Of a DNA stretch of 58,675 nt, positions 1 through 11,967 are shown in pieces. The first letter of the stretch is position 1. Each line of letters starts with the position of its first letter. The translations under genes were made by a program, and so were the position numbers. This DNA comes from Craspedostauros australis (taxonomy: Eukaryota): positions 1 to 58,675 of the forward strand of contig JALAGF010001131.1 in assembly GCA_030167865.1 (NCBI GenBank). The letters are read 5' to 3'. The notes below the pieces were generated by a model. That model had not been told where the DNA came from. It saw only the letters and a list, made by a program, of their open reading frames with translations, and did no database searches.

Positions 1-1250
1 GAACGATCATGTCCTGTGAAGAGCGTGGAGGACGTGGACAAGCATGCAATGAACGTATGTATACAAAGAACTGTGATGAGATGCCAGTGGCTCGATGCAT
101 CCAGGAGAAGCATTGAGCCATAGTAAACAGGAGGGCATGCCAGGACATTGAGAAATCGGAAAAAACGATATGAGGGGGGGGAAAAAGTGAGCGCGAACAA
201 ATAGTTTTAGTCGAGGTGGTCGAAGAAAATGACATCGCGATAAAACGTCGCGTTACTTGATTTTGGTCTGAGGAGACCAATTTTGGCACCCCTCGAATCT
301 GCTTGGTCTCCTGAGACAATTTTGGACTTTTATCGTGGACGAATTTCTTTATGGATATCATCACTTGTGTGACGAATCTGTCCGTTGTTGTGACAGCTCA
401 GACCAATGCACATAAAGTCTAAGATCTCCACTTTACCGCAACTTTATAATACTCCAGTCGTGTACCATCGAGATTGTTTGCGAATCGCGGGACGAAGCAA
501 GCGTGTTGGGGAGGATCAAGAAAAGCCCAAAAAGAAGATGGCCACAACCCGAGTGGAAGTGGTGGGAGCGTGGTGCTCCCATGGGGTGTTGGCGAGGTCA
601 GGGCGATGGCTGAATGCGTACTGCTGCCGCTCGTCTTGGAGCGGTGATGTCTGTCGTGTGTTTGAATGAAGAAAGATCCTTCTTGTGTTGCGATTTGACC
701 GTTGGGTTCATCGATTCGCAGCGAGTCCTCTGCGCAAAGTATTATATGTCCTCCATGTGCTCCATCGAGATGCAAAGGGATCAAGGAGCTCGACTTCGCT
801 GGAGTTCTTCTGTTGCCAGTTCGGCTAAGAATGGGCTGCTGCTTTGGAGAGCAGCGGGTGCGGCTGGAGGCCTCCACCTCCGAAGGATTTACACTTGCTC
901 TCTCTCTCTCTCTCTCTCGTTTGCTCGGATTCCATGTTCAATGGAGACGCTGGCTGTCCAAGCTCGTTGTCTCATGCATTTCGAAGGGTGTTGGAGTCAT
1001 CAAAATTGGTCGTTACTAATCATAGAATACTTACAAGTAGTTTGTCAAATGTTATGAATGCTGTTTTGGATTCAGCGAAATAGATAGAAAGTGAGTTGGT
1101 AAGTGAGGGCGGAACACCAACCGCCCGCCTCACACACAGCCACCGCCACTGCCGCAAATGCACGGATACATAGAGTATGTACATAGAGTATGCGCACACC
1201 GTCAAAGTTGGTAGCGTATATCTTCACTGCGCTGCACCGCACTGCCCAAG

Positions 1251-2306
1251 CTAGCAGCTCATGTGCCTCGCTGCGATGACGGCGTCGCCATGCGCCAAGA
1301 GCTTGGCGAACGATCGAAATGGCTTGGACAGCTTCGTGGAGTGGACGGCCAGCACGCGCTGCCTTTGCTGCAACGTCAACGCCGGCTTGGCGGAGAGCTT
1401 CCTGTGGGCCATCACCATCATCCGTATGTACCGCGACTTCTCGATGCCCAGCATGCCATGCATCTGACGTTCGAGTCCCCTGTACGCGTGGTACTTAATG
1501 ATGTGATGCAGGAACTCCGTCTTGTGCTGCTTCTGGCCCTCCTGCGACGACAAGAACTCCTTGAAGCGCTCGTCGATGCTCGCGTCCACTTGCTCGTGCT
1601 CCTGTATGGATCGCTGGTAGTGCCTGCCGTACTTCTTGGCGTGCCACACGAAGTTGTCGCGTTCCTCCCGGCTGTACCACATGCGCGCGCACTCGTCGTC
1701 CTCCAGATACGGCAAGGGAGGGTCGATGTACGTGTTGCGCTCTTCGCGGATGCAGACGGCTCGCTTGGCGGTGGTGGGTGGTGGCGGAGGCTTTAGCTGC
1801 GTGCTCGCAGGTGGGGCAGCGGCGCTGTTTGTCACGCCAGTCTCATGGTTCTGTGGGAAGATCTGGAATTCCTCCATCATCTGCCTCTGAAGGCAGACGG
1901 GCGACTCCCTGCGTTCCAAGGGGCTGCAGCTCCTGTCGCCGTGACCTCCTTCGTCCTTTGTGTTGTGACCATCGGCAGCGCGGTTGCAGGATGCGAATGG
2001 ATCCCGAATGCCGTCGATCTTGCAGCTGGCGTTCGCTCCGGCCAACAGCATCGGCGCGAGTTGTTGCAACAATGACTGCCCATTGTGGGCATCGGCGACG
2101 AGCTTTTCGTGAGCCTTGGAGTGCAGCATCGACGCTGACGCCTGTCCCGGCGTTGCCGATGAGCATCCAGCGGACTTCTCGTTGTGGATAGCATGTGCCG
2201 ACGGTGGAAATCGACGCAGCGCCCTTGTGGCATTCTCGGCCTCGGCATCATCGACGCTCATTGCACTGCTGTGCCTGCCGATCAATTCCATCGCATTCGA
2301 CTCCAT
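1251..2306 (-). CDS. Uncharacterised diatom-type protein (~351 aa) with WYS..E and RGLE motifs
   Basis: Long ORF 1251..2477. The first plausible ATG is 2306 (MESNAMELIG), downstream of a microsatellite-rich leader. C-terminal motifs MWYSREE and YRGLERQ resemble a widespread diatom-specific family. Confidence 0.75.
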   Translation of the reverse strand: MESNAMELIGRHSSAMSVDDAEAENATRALRRFPPSAHAIHNEKSAGCSSATPGQASASMLHSKAHEKLVADAHNGQSLLQQLAPMLLAGANASCKIDGIRDPFASCNRAADGHNTKDEGGHGDRSCSPLERRESPVCLQRQMMEEFQIFPQNHETGVTNSAAAPPASTQLKPPPPPTTAKRAVCIREERNTYIDPPLPYLEDDECARMWYSREERDNFVWHAKKYGRHYQRSIQEHEQVDASIDERFKEFLSSQEGQKQHKTEFLHHIIKYHAYRGLERQMHGMLGIEKSRYIRMMVMAHRKLSAKPALTLQQRQRVLAVHSTKLSKPFRSFAKLLAHGDAVIAARHMSC

Positions 2307-2400
2307 CGTATTGTGAATTACGCGCAGGTGCGGGGATGCACTGATGATACTCTGTTGTGTCTTGTGTCTTGTATTGAAGTAATGGAATGGAACGAAACGG

Positions 2401-2455
2401 TTGAGTGAGCCAGTGAGTGAGTGAGTGAGTGAATGAGTGAATGAATGAGTGAGGG
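2401..2455. repeat. (GAGT/GAAT)n tetranucleotide microsatellite
   Basis: gagtgagtgagtgagtgaatgagtgaatgaatgagtgag read directly; lies in the probable 5' leader of the minus-strand gene. Confidence 0.85.
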
Positions 2456-4300
2456 TGGGCTGAGCTTCTTCACACACTCAGAGTACCATTATGTCGTTGT
2501 GTGTGCAAGTACGAGTGCAAGCCTCCACGAGTCTGTATGAGTCCATTTCGTCCTCGTCCTCGTACAGAGCGATGACCATGGAGTTTCAGTGCTCCACACT
2601 GCCTCACGGCTGTTCTGCATGGTTCCAAGACCATCGAAGGAGATGGAGTCGCAGCTCAGAGCGAACGTTTTGTGGGTTTTCTGTTGAGAGCCTTTTCCAT
2701 CCTTCTTTACTCCGTGTTCGACCTTCGGCGTATTCGTGTGGTACGTGTACGAGTTACATCCACGCAGAGCAAAGCACGCCTTCTTGTTGTTCCTGTTGCT
2801 GTCGTTGCTCTGTTGGTCTTTGTGGGTGAGAAAAATGAGAGGCCGTTGCCTCCCGAGAAAGTCAAAAAAGTGTAAACGGGCTTAGACCAAGACACGCATT
2901 TAACATCTCGATTTCGTTCGGGACTCAGGCCAAGAGCACTGTTGCTGGTTGCGAATGGCCGTTTGGGGCTTGTGTGGTCATTCAATCACAAGATGATAAA
3001 TGCCTAGCGACGCCAAACCAACCTCCAGATACGTGCCAGTCGCCCATGGATCACAAACGCATATGCAAATGGCGCATACGACGTGCGCACATATAGTAGA
3101 CATAAGGCAGTCTTGTCGGGCATACTACACTTATGCCAGCGATCAGCCACAGCATCGCCATGATTCGTTCGTAGCTCACCTAAGGAACCCTCACAGTTCC
3201 TCCGAATGCTGTGTTCATGCTCACCAGAGTGTTTCAATGCGTGTGTCTGGACACTGCCCATCGGGCTTCTTGGGAGGAATTGGGCTTCCACAAATGTCAA
3301 CTTGAGCGCATCGTGTCACGGAGACAAAGATCAGACAGAGAAACGGGCGAAGTGATGATGACAAGGGAGAACACGAAGGAAGGAAACAGACCTCTGCAAT
3401 TTCTCCACACAAAGCGAGGCGAAGAGATTTGTTCTCTCGTTGCTCATACTCCTATCTTCGTTGGATAGTGTGAATCGCGCCAGCGTCGGAGCGCGCTAGT
3501 CTTCTTGGTGCAGATGGATAATACATAGTAAAGCATGGATAGGGGCATCATGCCAACACAACGAATGGCAAGGTTTTCAAACAAGACCAGCTGCGGCTCA
3601 CTTTCGATCGGATTGGTCAACACAGCACTGTTGGCTCAGTGTTGCCTTGAGGTGTCGCAACTTAGCGCAATAACACAGAGTACTCCATGATGCTCTCATG
3701 TCCTATTCTCTGGAGTGCCATGCCATTTGGGATAGCTCGTGCCAATACTTTGAGCAGTACGAATCTCTGTCTCTGTCTCTGGACTGGCGCGGTGTGATAC
3801 GTTGTGGTCCTGATCTTGTCTTGCCTTGTGTGTATTCGAGCGGGAAGGGAATTTGGAATTCAACGCGACCGGAATGAAAAATCCAGAAAAGGTATCTTCC
3901 GTCTGTCGCAGAAAGCAAGCAAGAAAGATACTATGAGCAAGAAACAAGACAGAAACACTCAGTGATGATGGCAGCAGGAGCCGATCAAACTTCTTGGTGT
4001 TCTTCATTGGCGTTGTCGTGCCGTGTGGCGGACTGCCAGTTGGCGTGGATGGATGCTCGTTTGTTCTGCCATAGTAGTACGACTACAAGTCCCCGCATTA
4101 CGAAGAGAGAACTGGCAAGAACACAAACATCGACGGCACCACGACGCCGTCAACAGCAACAGGACCAATTCTCAGCACCATCAAAAGCAGTTCACCACAA
4201 TCGCCATCGCCATCATCGTCAGCCCCAACAAGTAGCAAGACCAAACGTTCGTTCGATTATACGTTCATTCGTTTGTTCGTGCGTGCCCCAAGAGTTCACC

Positions 4301-6544
4301 ATGGCTGTCAAGGTCGGAGCACAGCATTCAGAGAACGGAGACGGCGGAATTCCCGATAAGTGCGTAGATCTTGCTCCTCGCGCTCGCGATCGTGCTGAGA
4401 GTGACGAAGATGTAGACTGGCTGACGCAATCCGAGGAGTCGTACCTGAAGAGCGCCTTGGCACTCGTTCTCATCAAGCAACGATTGCAGCACTCGAAAGG
4501 GGCGGCCGAAGGCAACGCTTCACGCAAGAGATCAGCACGTGCACTGGATTCGCAGCAGGAGCAAGAACCTTCACGCGATGGCGATGCGCCAGAAACTAGC
4601 GGCACCTTCGTGGAATCGATGTTTCCTGGCGACTTGAGGAAGACAGGTCGTCAAAAGCTCACCACGTCGCACATGCTCCAGTCGAGCGCATCATCCAAGC
4701 ATGTTCACTCGATGATGCGCGTCGCGATCGCGATGGCGTCGACTGCATTGGCATCTCACCAGGCGGAGTCTGAAACCAACGGCGGGCAACCCACGACGAC
4801 AGGGGGTCATGATGAGGTCTGCAACAACCGTCCACGCGTCGAACATCATCATCATCATCATCATCTGGATGCCGAGCACGAGAGCCAAACTCCGAGAGGA
4901 CGCAGCATGGCCATTCCTGCACCGGATGTCGACGAGAACCACGGCTTCATGGGCTGGTTGAAGTTCCCGCCGGCATGGGATGGCATCGTGTCTCACTTAG
5001 CCGGTCAGTTGGACTGCTACATGAGAGAGAAGCAGCAGGAAAATCGCGGCGGTGACAACAGCGATGGTCGTGGTGTTGTTGATGTGGGCGATGTCGGTAT
5101 TGGCGTTGGGAAACATTCCTCTTCTGATGATGCCCAACGGGGGCTTCCTGTGAGAGCAGGCGACGACCATCATGTCGGCACCATGGGCAAGAAGCCGAAC
5201 GTCGTCAGAATCGACAATAGCAATGACAACAGCATTGGCGACAGAAATGACACCAACGATGACATCAACAGCACCAATATCAACAAGAACCCATCATTCG
5301 CAACTGGCAACACGCATATCCATTCCCCAAACAACCACGACAGCAAGATCAGCGATGCTGATGGGAATGCCGGCGCCCAACTGGAGGAGGGAGATCCAGA
5401 GAACGTCATCGATGCAAGCGTGCAGGAGATACATGGTTGGATATTGCAGTCCATGCTAGCATCACAAGTCCCAGCTTCCGTCGCAGCGGTTCACATGGGG
5501 ATGCTGCAAGCCCATCACGCAGCATCGTTGACGCAATCGCGCACGAATGTCGATAGCACAGGGACTCGCGGCACCAATGGAAACAGTGAGACTCCATCTC
5601 CGCCGTCGGCGTTGCACCCTCGCTATCACAGCCAAGATGCCCATCATCATCAACACTCTCGATATGGCCAATATGAATACAGCCAATGCAGTCAGCCCAG
5701 TCAATTCAACCAGGAGTCCTTCTTCGATCCTCAGTTCAATGACAGCCAGCACCATGATATTTACAACGGTTTCATCCCACACGGCAGCAACGACCAGAAT
5801 GATGGATTCGCCAAGGACGGGACCGCAATCGGTCCCTACCCACCGGAAGGTCTTCTGGCGTACACTCATTTCGGTGTCGTCACGGAGCTCATCCACTCCA
5901 TCTATCATGGCACCGCCACCTTTCATTCCAACAATGAGCAGCACGATGGTCCGGCCACAGGATGGATGTCGTCAGCGCCGACAGAAGTGCCCACAGAAGC
6001 GCCACGTACAGCCACAACGGTAGCCAAATCGCGGCATCGGGCAACATCGATGGCGGTCTCCTCGAGCCAATTCCACTGGCTGCTCGCGTGCTGCTTGGAA
6101 TGGCTGGATTTCATCGTGACTCACGCTGCACCACCGTTGAGAGAGTCGTTGGCCTTCCGACTGGGGAATCTCGTCGTGCCCATCAGCCCATCGCATCTGT
6201 CCGACGAAGGTGATCGGTTCGGAATGGATACCAACCATGAACGGATGCACGATTCTGCAACGCAAGATGAAGACGGCGTGCTTCACCATGCTGCGCCATC
6301 GCAGGCGTCCAAGTACGCTCGCATCGTACCCAACTCGAGACTGCACGAAGGTGACGCAGATGCAGCGCAATGGAATGGAGCAGGTGAGTTGGTGGACACG
6401 AATGATGGAATGGGAGAGCATCACGGAGACTTCTGCGGAGCCACAAGCGTGGTGTCTCCCGGCGGTGGTGGCCATCATCTCGATGACGATACGAAGCAGC
6501 TGGTGAGAGTTGCCCTGTTTCGCATGCTCCCGGCACACGACTAA
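4301..6544 (+). CDS. Uncharacterised low-complexity protein (~747 aa; His/Asn/Asp-rich)
   Basis: 860-codon open frame with an ACCATGG start at 4301 (MAVKVGAQ). It has a poly-His tract and short helical-looking blocks (VQEIHGWILQSML, FHWLLACCLEWLDFIV). No family recognised. Confidence 0.7.
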   Translation: MAVKVGAQHSENGDGGIPDKCVDLAPRARDRAESDEDVDWLTQSEESYLKSALALVLIKQRLQHSKGAAEGNASRKRSARALDSQQEQEPSRDGDAPETSGTFVESMFPGDLRKTGRQKLTTSHMLQSSASSKHVHSMMRVAIAMASTALASHQAESETNGGQPTTTGGHDEVCNNRPRVEHHHHHHHLDAEHESQTPRGRSMAIPAPDVDENHGFMGWLKFPPAWDGIVSHLAGQLDCYMREKQQENRGGDNSDGRGVVDVGDVGIGVGKHSSSDDAQRGLPVRAGDDHHVGTMGKKPNVVRIDNSNDNSIGDRNDTNDDINSTNINKNPSFATGNTHIHSPNNHDSKISDADGNAGAQLEEGDPENVIDASVQEIHGWILQSMLASQVPASVAAVHMGMLQAHHAASLTQSRTNVDSTGTRGTNGNSETPSPPSALHPRYHSQDAHHHQHSRYGQYEYSQCSQPSQFNQESFFDPQFNDSQHHDIYNGFIPHGSNDQNDGFAKDGTAIGPYPPEGLLAYTHFGVVTELIHSIYHGTATFHSNNEQHDGPATGWMSSAPTEVPTEAPRTATTVAKSRHRATSMAVSSSQFHWLLACCLEWLDFIVTHAAPPLRESLAFRLGNLVVPISPSHLSDEGDRFGMDTNHERMHDSATQDEDGVLHHAAPSQASKYARIVPNSRLHEGDADAAQWNGAGELVDTNDGMGEHHGDFCGATSVVSPGGGGHHLDDDTKQLVRVALFRMLPAHD

Positions 6545-7221
6545 TCCAGATTCGATGTCAGCCCACCCGAGCCGGTCTGGCTTCGCATTGCATCAAATGG
6601 CTGCAAAAGGAACGTTTGGGGATATCACTGGGCCCTCCGGCGAACGAAGATGTTGGCATTGGTATTGCAAGTCTATGGGACGGATGGCAACACTCACACT
6701 AGTAGTACTTCGGTCTAAAATAAAGACTTGGTCTGCAAGGGCAGCTCCGCCAAAATTGAAGTCGACGTCACGCGGGTCGCGAGGAACTTGTTTTACAAAA
6801 AGCTCACCATACTGGGATCGAACCAGTGGCCTTGCGATTAACAGTCGCACGCTCTGCCAACTGAGCTAAAGGTGATCACTGCCATTAGCTGCGAGGTAGG
6901 TACACACTACAATTTATACTGATATTTTTGGTTTGTTGGGCATCCACGTGGAAGAATGAAATCAGGAGGACGAAAACAACAGCGACGCCCACATCCGCAC
7001 AACCACAGAACCACCGCCAACATCACCAACATCAAGACCAAGGATACCTGAGAAGCCGACAGCCTTTGGACGTCGTCTCCACTCACCGAACCACCTCAAG
7101 CAAGCATCCAGAGCACCACCGACCTGCGCTGGCGACGACCAAATACCGACCCCTTGGAGCACCATTATCATCCTATTCCTCTCTGCCAACACTCCAGTAC
7201 ACAACAGATAAAACAGCCACC

Positions 7222-8519
7222 ATGATCAAGGACATGATCGACAAGCAGGTCCTGGAGCTCAAGAAGCTCTGGGCCAACAAGAGACAGCTGCTGTTCCAGC
7301 TCCTGAACCTTGCAATGATCGTCTTCTCTGCACTCATGATCTGGAAGGGACTGATGTTCATGACGAAGGTGTGTACTGTATCTGGAGCTATGTCTGTGTT
7401 GGTGTTTGTGGCAGACGTTGGATGCTTCCGCGGGCACATGCATACAAAACAAACATGCTGGATGCGACTCCTTGGTACCCATCCACGCAGGCTGGCACGA
7501 GAATGCCTCTTCCCCTCGCCGGCTTCGATGCGCTCCGTGTTCGACGCACGCAGCACATTAGTGTCAAGCATGCATGCATGCATGCATGCATACTTGCATG
7601 CATACTTGCATTCTATTTCGTTTCATTTGTTGTGATTGACTTCCGTTAGCTCGGTTCATCTTTGGTATCGACTGACCGACACCAATCCTCATACTCGGGC
7701 GGATGGCACATTCCTGCCTCATCATACGTTCCGCCGCTAACTACTGTTCCCTTTCTCTTTCTCTTTCGCGTCTTCGTTTGCTTCCAACAAATGCATTGCC
7801 GTCCTGGACACACAACGCACATGGACCATGGAACTGGTCGATGCGTCTACGAATCCGTGCATACATTCATGCATACATGCATGCATTCATTGATCGGGCT
7901 CTGGATGACTCTGCTCTCCACTCCACCTCTTTCCAACCTGGATGCAACCTTGAATCTAATGAATGCTACGTTACCCGACGCAACACAACGCAATGCGACC
8001 CAACGTTCACCGGACCACATACACATCATCGCGCAATGAACCTTCATCCATCCGTAACGTGGTGGTTTGGCTGTGATGATGCCAACACAAAAAAATGTCT
8101 TCTCGCCGCAGTCCGAATCACCAGTCGTCGTTGTGTTGTCAGGAAGCATGGAGCCCGCATTCCAGAGGGGGGACATCCTGTTCCTGAACAACGCCGTCGA
8201 AGAAGTCGGCATCGGCGACGTCGTTGTCTTCAAAATCCGGGACCGCGACATCCCCATCGTCCATCGCATACTGAAGGTGCACGAAGATACGAATGGTCAC
8301 GTGGAGCTGCTGACAAAGGGTGACAACAACAGAGTAGACGATCGTGGACTGTACGCACCAGGCCAGCTCTGGTTGGAGCGGGAGGATATTCTGGGCAAGG
8401 CCGTCGGGACGCTGCGGTATGTTGGCATGGTCACGATCGCGCTGAATGACTACCCAGTTCTGAAGTACGTCCTGGTCGGAATGATGGGGCTGTTTGTGCT
8501 GACGAGTAAAGAAGGATAG
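7222..8519 (+). CDS. SEC11: Signal peptidase complex catalytic subunit SEC11; exons 7222-7368 and 8112-8519 (184 aa)
   Basis: Exon 1 reads MIKDM...[24 protein letters not shown]. Exon 2 reads [24 protein letters not shown]...DIPIVHR...TKGDNN..DDRGLY, the SEC11 Ser/His/Asp signatures. The phase-0 join keeps the frame. Confidence 0.97.
7566..7611. repeat. (GCAT)n / GCATACTT microsatellite within the SEC11 intron
   Basis: gcatgcatgcatgcatgcatgcatacttgcatgcatacttgca read directly. Confidence 0.85.
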
Positions 8520-9436
8520 AGATACGTTGGCATTGCCATTGCCAATATCATTAACATTGGCCGGTGGGTGAGTGTCCATCCGTATTGTGATTGGCGGTAT
8601 CAATGCATAGGCGCAAAAAGACACCGTCAATCACAATGTTGCAACGCAGCGGAAGAATGGCGGAGACAAAAGACTAGGGCCAAAGAGAGCGGCCAGGGAT
8701 CACGTGAAGGTTACGAACCCAAAAGTTGATGGGAACGTAACCTGGCTGCGAGCCACGACTCATCACCCAGAGACAGGGTCAGCGAAACCGACACTCTCGG
8801 GTAAAGATCAACAAAGCGGAAAGAGCCATGGGCGAAGATCCAGGCTGTCACCCAACAACATGCGAGACCAACTTTGCGCGGCGTGCGAGCAGGTGCGGCC
8901 ACTGGTACCTTGTGACAACGCCGAAACCGCCCATCTCTCTTCAACCACACTCTTCCAGTCGTACGACTATCGATGCTGTAGACACCGACCCTCTTTGTGC
9001 TGGCGGTATCAGTGCAGCGGCAACGAGCAGGATCCTGGCGCTAATTGTGTCCCTGGCGATGCCGACAGTTCTGGTGGAGGTGCTGCTTCCGCCCTTGTGG
9101 CGGCCACAGCGAATAAAGGTCGACCCAGTATACCATACCTGTTCTCTTCCCCGTATAATACCTTTGGTGCGTGCCATAATCATTCATGAGCAAGGGTTGG
9201 TGCGGCTATTTGCGCGCGTTCCCGTGTGTCTTTCCGGTCCATGGATCGTATTATACCTGTCATCCACATCGCATAGTTACGCGGACGTAAGCACAAGTAG
9301 TCGGAGGTACGTAGCACTGCCATGGTCTGAGAAGCGAGCAGAGTGCTCGATGGAGTATTGTGGGTGTTGGTCAATACAACAGTTCGCACCCATGGGGCCT
9401 CCACACCTGCACCGACGATGAGTACGCATGGTGTCG

Positions 9437-9484
<48 letters not shown>
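9437..9484. repeat. (GTT)~16 trinucleotide microsatellite
   Basis: Perfect gttgttgtt run; it explains the poly-N/T/L/V ORFs seen here in several frames. Confidence 0.9.
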
Positions 9485-11967
9485 CTTGCCCTTTGTGTTC
9501 GTCATCATCATTACCATCATCATTATCATCATCTCTGTGTATGGTAAGTTCGCGTACGAGTGAGAAAAGGCACGCAAAGAAGGAAGGAAGGAAGGAAGGA
9601 AGCGCCTGTCTCCTGCAAATCGATCCCTCGCCACTGTTCCTGTAGCCGCGGGCAGTGACCAAACGAACAGAGAAAGGTTGCCAACATCAAACAACCTTGA
9701 CCGGTATCATTGTCGTTTCGTCATTGTTCCTGTGGATGTCGTCACCGCCGTCGCCACTGATGGAGACAACAAAGTCTCCAAGTCCTTCTTGCTGCCGTAA
9801 TTGAGGACGTACGCCATTTCAGCCCCACTCTCATCCCAGAGGTTACGAGTAGTTTACAAATACTCGCGCACGAGCTATTGGATTTGTGGACCATTTGCCC
9901 TCCTTCAGTTCTGTTGGTTTTGGGATAGCGTTAGATTTCGCAGCCGCATGATGCGCTCACCTTCCCCACTGGTACACCTTGGTGTGTTGTTGCCTTCGCC
10001 CCTGGGTCTCGTTTCGTGGGAGACCTTGGCAACAAGCTGCTTTTGGTACCGCTTTCGGTTCACGGTGGTGCCACGTTGTCACCAATCGAACATGAAACCG
10101 CCGTGAATTTTGAATTGGTAAGGGCAGAGCAGAGTGGAGGAGAACAGAGACCTCTCCTCTCCTCTGGAATGCAGCAGAGGACGAGGTGCAATGGCATTCT
10201 CTCGGCAGCTCGTACAATATTATATTATATGTATTCTATTAGTATGGTACAGGCACTAAATCGTATTCTATTACATGAAACAGCAATAAAGGAAGACAGC
10301 ATTTGATCTGCCGCTCTTGCTAGTGGATGCAGATGGCTGGCGCCAGCCATCAGGTTCACACGGCCGCTCAGGAGCCAATGTCTGACCTGCGAGTATGATG
10401 CCAGAAGTGAACGTGTGGTCATTGCCAATCCCCACCCACACCAAGAAGGTATCAGATGGTCTGCTGCGCTGATGCATGGGACCATACGAGTTGCGGATAC
10501 GCTCCTGCATCCGTACTATGCCTCGGGGACCACATCCACTCACATGTGTTCAAAGCCACGGTATCAGTAGCAGAATGAGCAACAGCGCCAACACCGGTGT
10601 GCGTGGATGTTCGTGCCTGAATTGGTGGGTAGAAAAGTTCGTACTTGTGACTCCTCGAACAGACTTTTCGTGGGAAAAGGAACCATGGTTGTTGTTGTTG
10701 TTGTGGGTGGGGTTGGCTGTCGTCCGTTTCGTGGTCACACGAGGCTTTTCCCGTCACGGCATTTCTGATAGCTCGAGATTTCGCAGGCATAATTGTGCGC
10801 AACAACGAATGGCCGAGGAAGAGGAGAGAAGGGTTAGAGTTTGCGCGGTACCATCGCCTTGAAATGCCCGCCGCTTCCGCGCTTCTGCCTCGAACCAGAT
10901 CGTGAATTTCTGATTCACTCGCCATGGATCACCCTTGCGTCCTCGCTGGGCAAGCCAAATGGCACCATCCACCACTTTGGCGTGTCGGTACGACAACAGC
11001 CTCTCGCAAAGAAAACCAGCGACGCTTGCCCCAAACAGTCACAAAGGGGTACAACGTGATCCAGATGACCTCAGATACTTAACGGTATTTCTGTGCGTTG
11101 TTCACAACATGGGGTTCGCACAGGGGTGGCAGCGATTAGGAACACCACCGGTCATCGTCGGTTTTTGCTTTGTTCTTTGTGATTCACGGTGCGGAACCCT
11201 ACTGGTGCTGGTTGTCTCCTGCCTTTGTTCTTTGTGTTGTGCGATTTCTCCTTCATGTGCCACGGCTGATTGCAATTGCACCACATACTCCGCGCTACAT
11301 GTCACAAACCGCCACGAAAGTTTCCCTTCCGCGTCCACCAACAACGACGCCTCCGCTATACATACGGGTACCGTGTTTGGGAAACCGTTTGGCACGCAAG
11401 AGTGACCCTGCTGCTACTTTCCTTTTGTGCACTCGTGGCTCGTACTCGTCCTCCCACCACGAGAGGAGTGCTTGTGGCGTACTATCATACATTTTTAGTA
11501 CGCATGCAACCACGAAGGGCTCATCAATCGACCCTCGCATTGGCCCGCCATTCGATTGCCATGTAGAATAGTCGTACAGGCACGATCGACTCGACAAGCT
11601 ACTACCCCCACCAACAACGAATGTGATAAGAAAAATCGCGGCCATGTTGGTGTCGCCAATGATCACATGCGAGCGCGAAGTGGCAGGCACAGTTCAACCA
11701 ACATCAACATCGATACCAATACCAATACCAATACCAATACCGGTATCAACATCACAAACAACAACAAGCAGCAGTATCAACACAACGAACAACACAAGCA
11801 CAAACTAAACACAACGCTGCCAGCAACATCCAGCCAAGCGCGACTCTGCCCCAACAGAGCTGACCCTGGTGTCAGGTTCGAGAGAGAGAGACATCAGTCA
11901 TTTCGACCGCCACATTTGAGGTTGCGCACAACTGATCCCAAAGCAAAGGGACCACGCAGACGGGAGA

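Noticed and set aside
6928-7635. 235-aa ORF as a complete gene
   Set aside because: Only 7222-7368 is SEC11 exon 1; the rest is leader and intron read-through.
9180-9694. ORFs with poly-N, poly-T, poly-L or poly-V tracts
   Set aside because: All are produced by the (GTT)n microsatellite.
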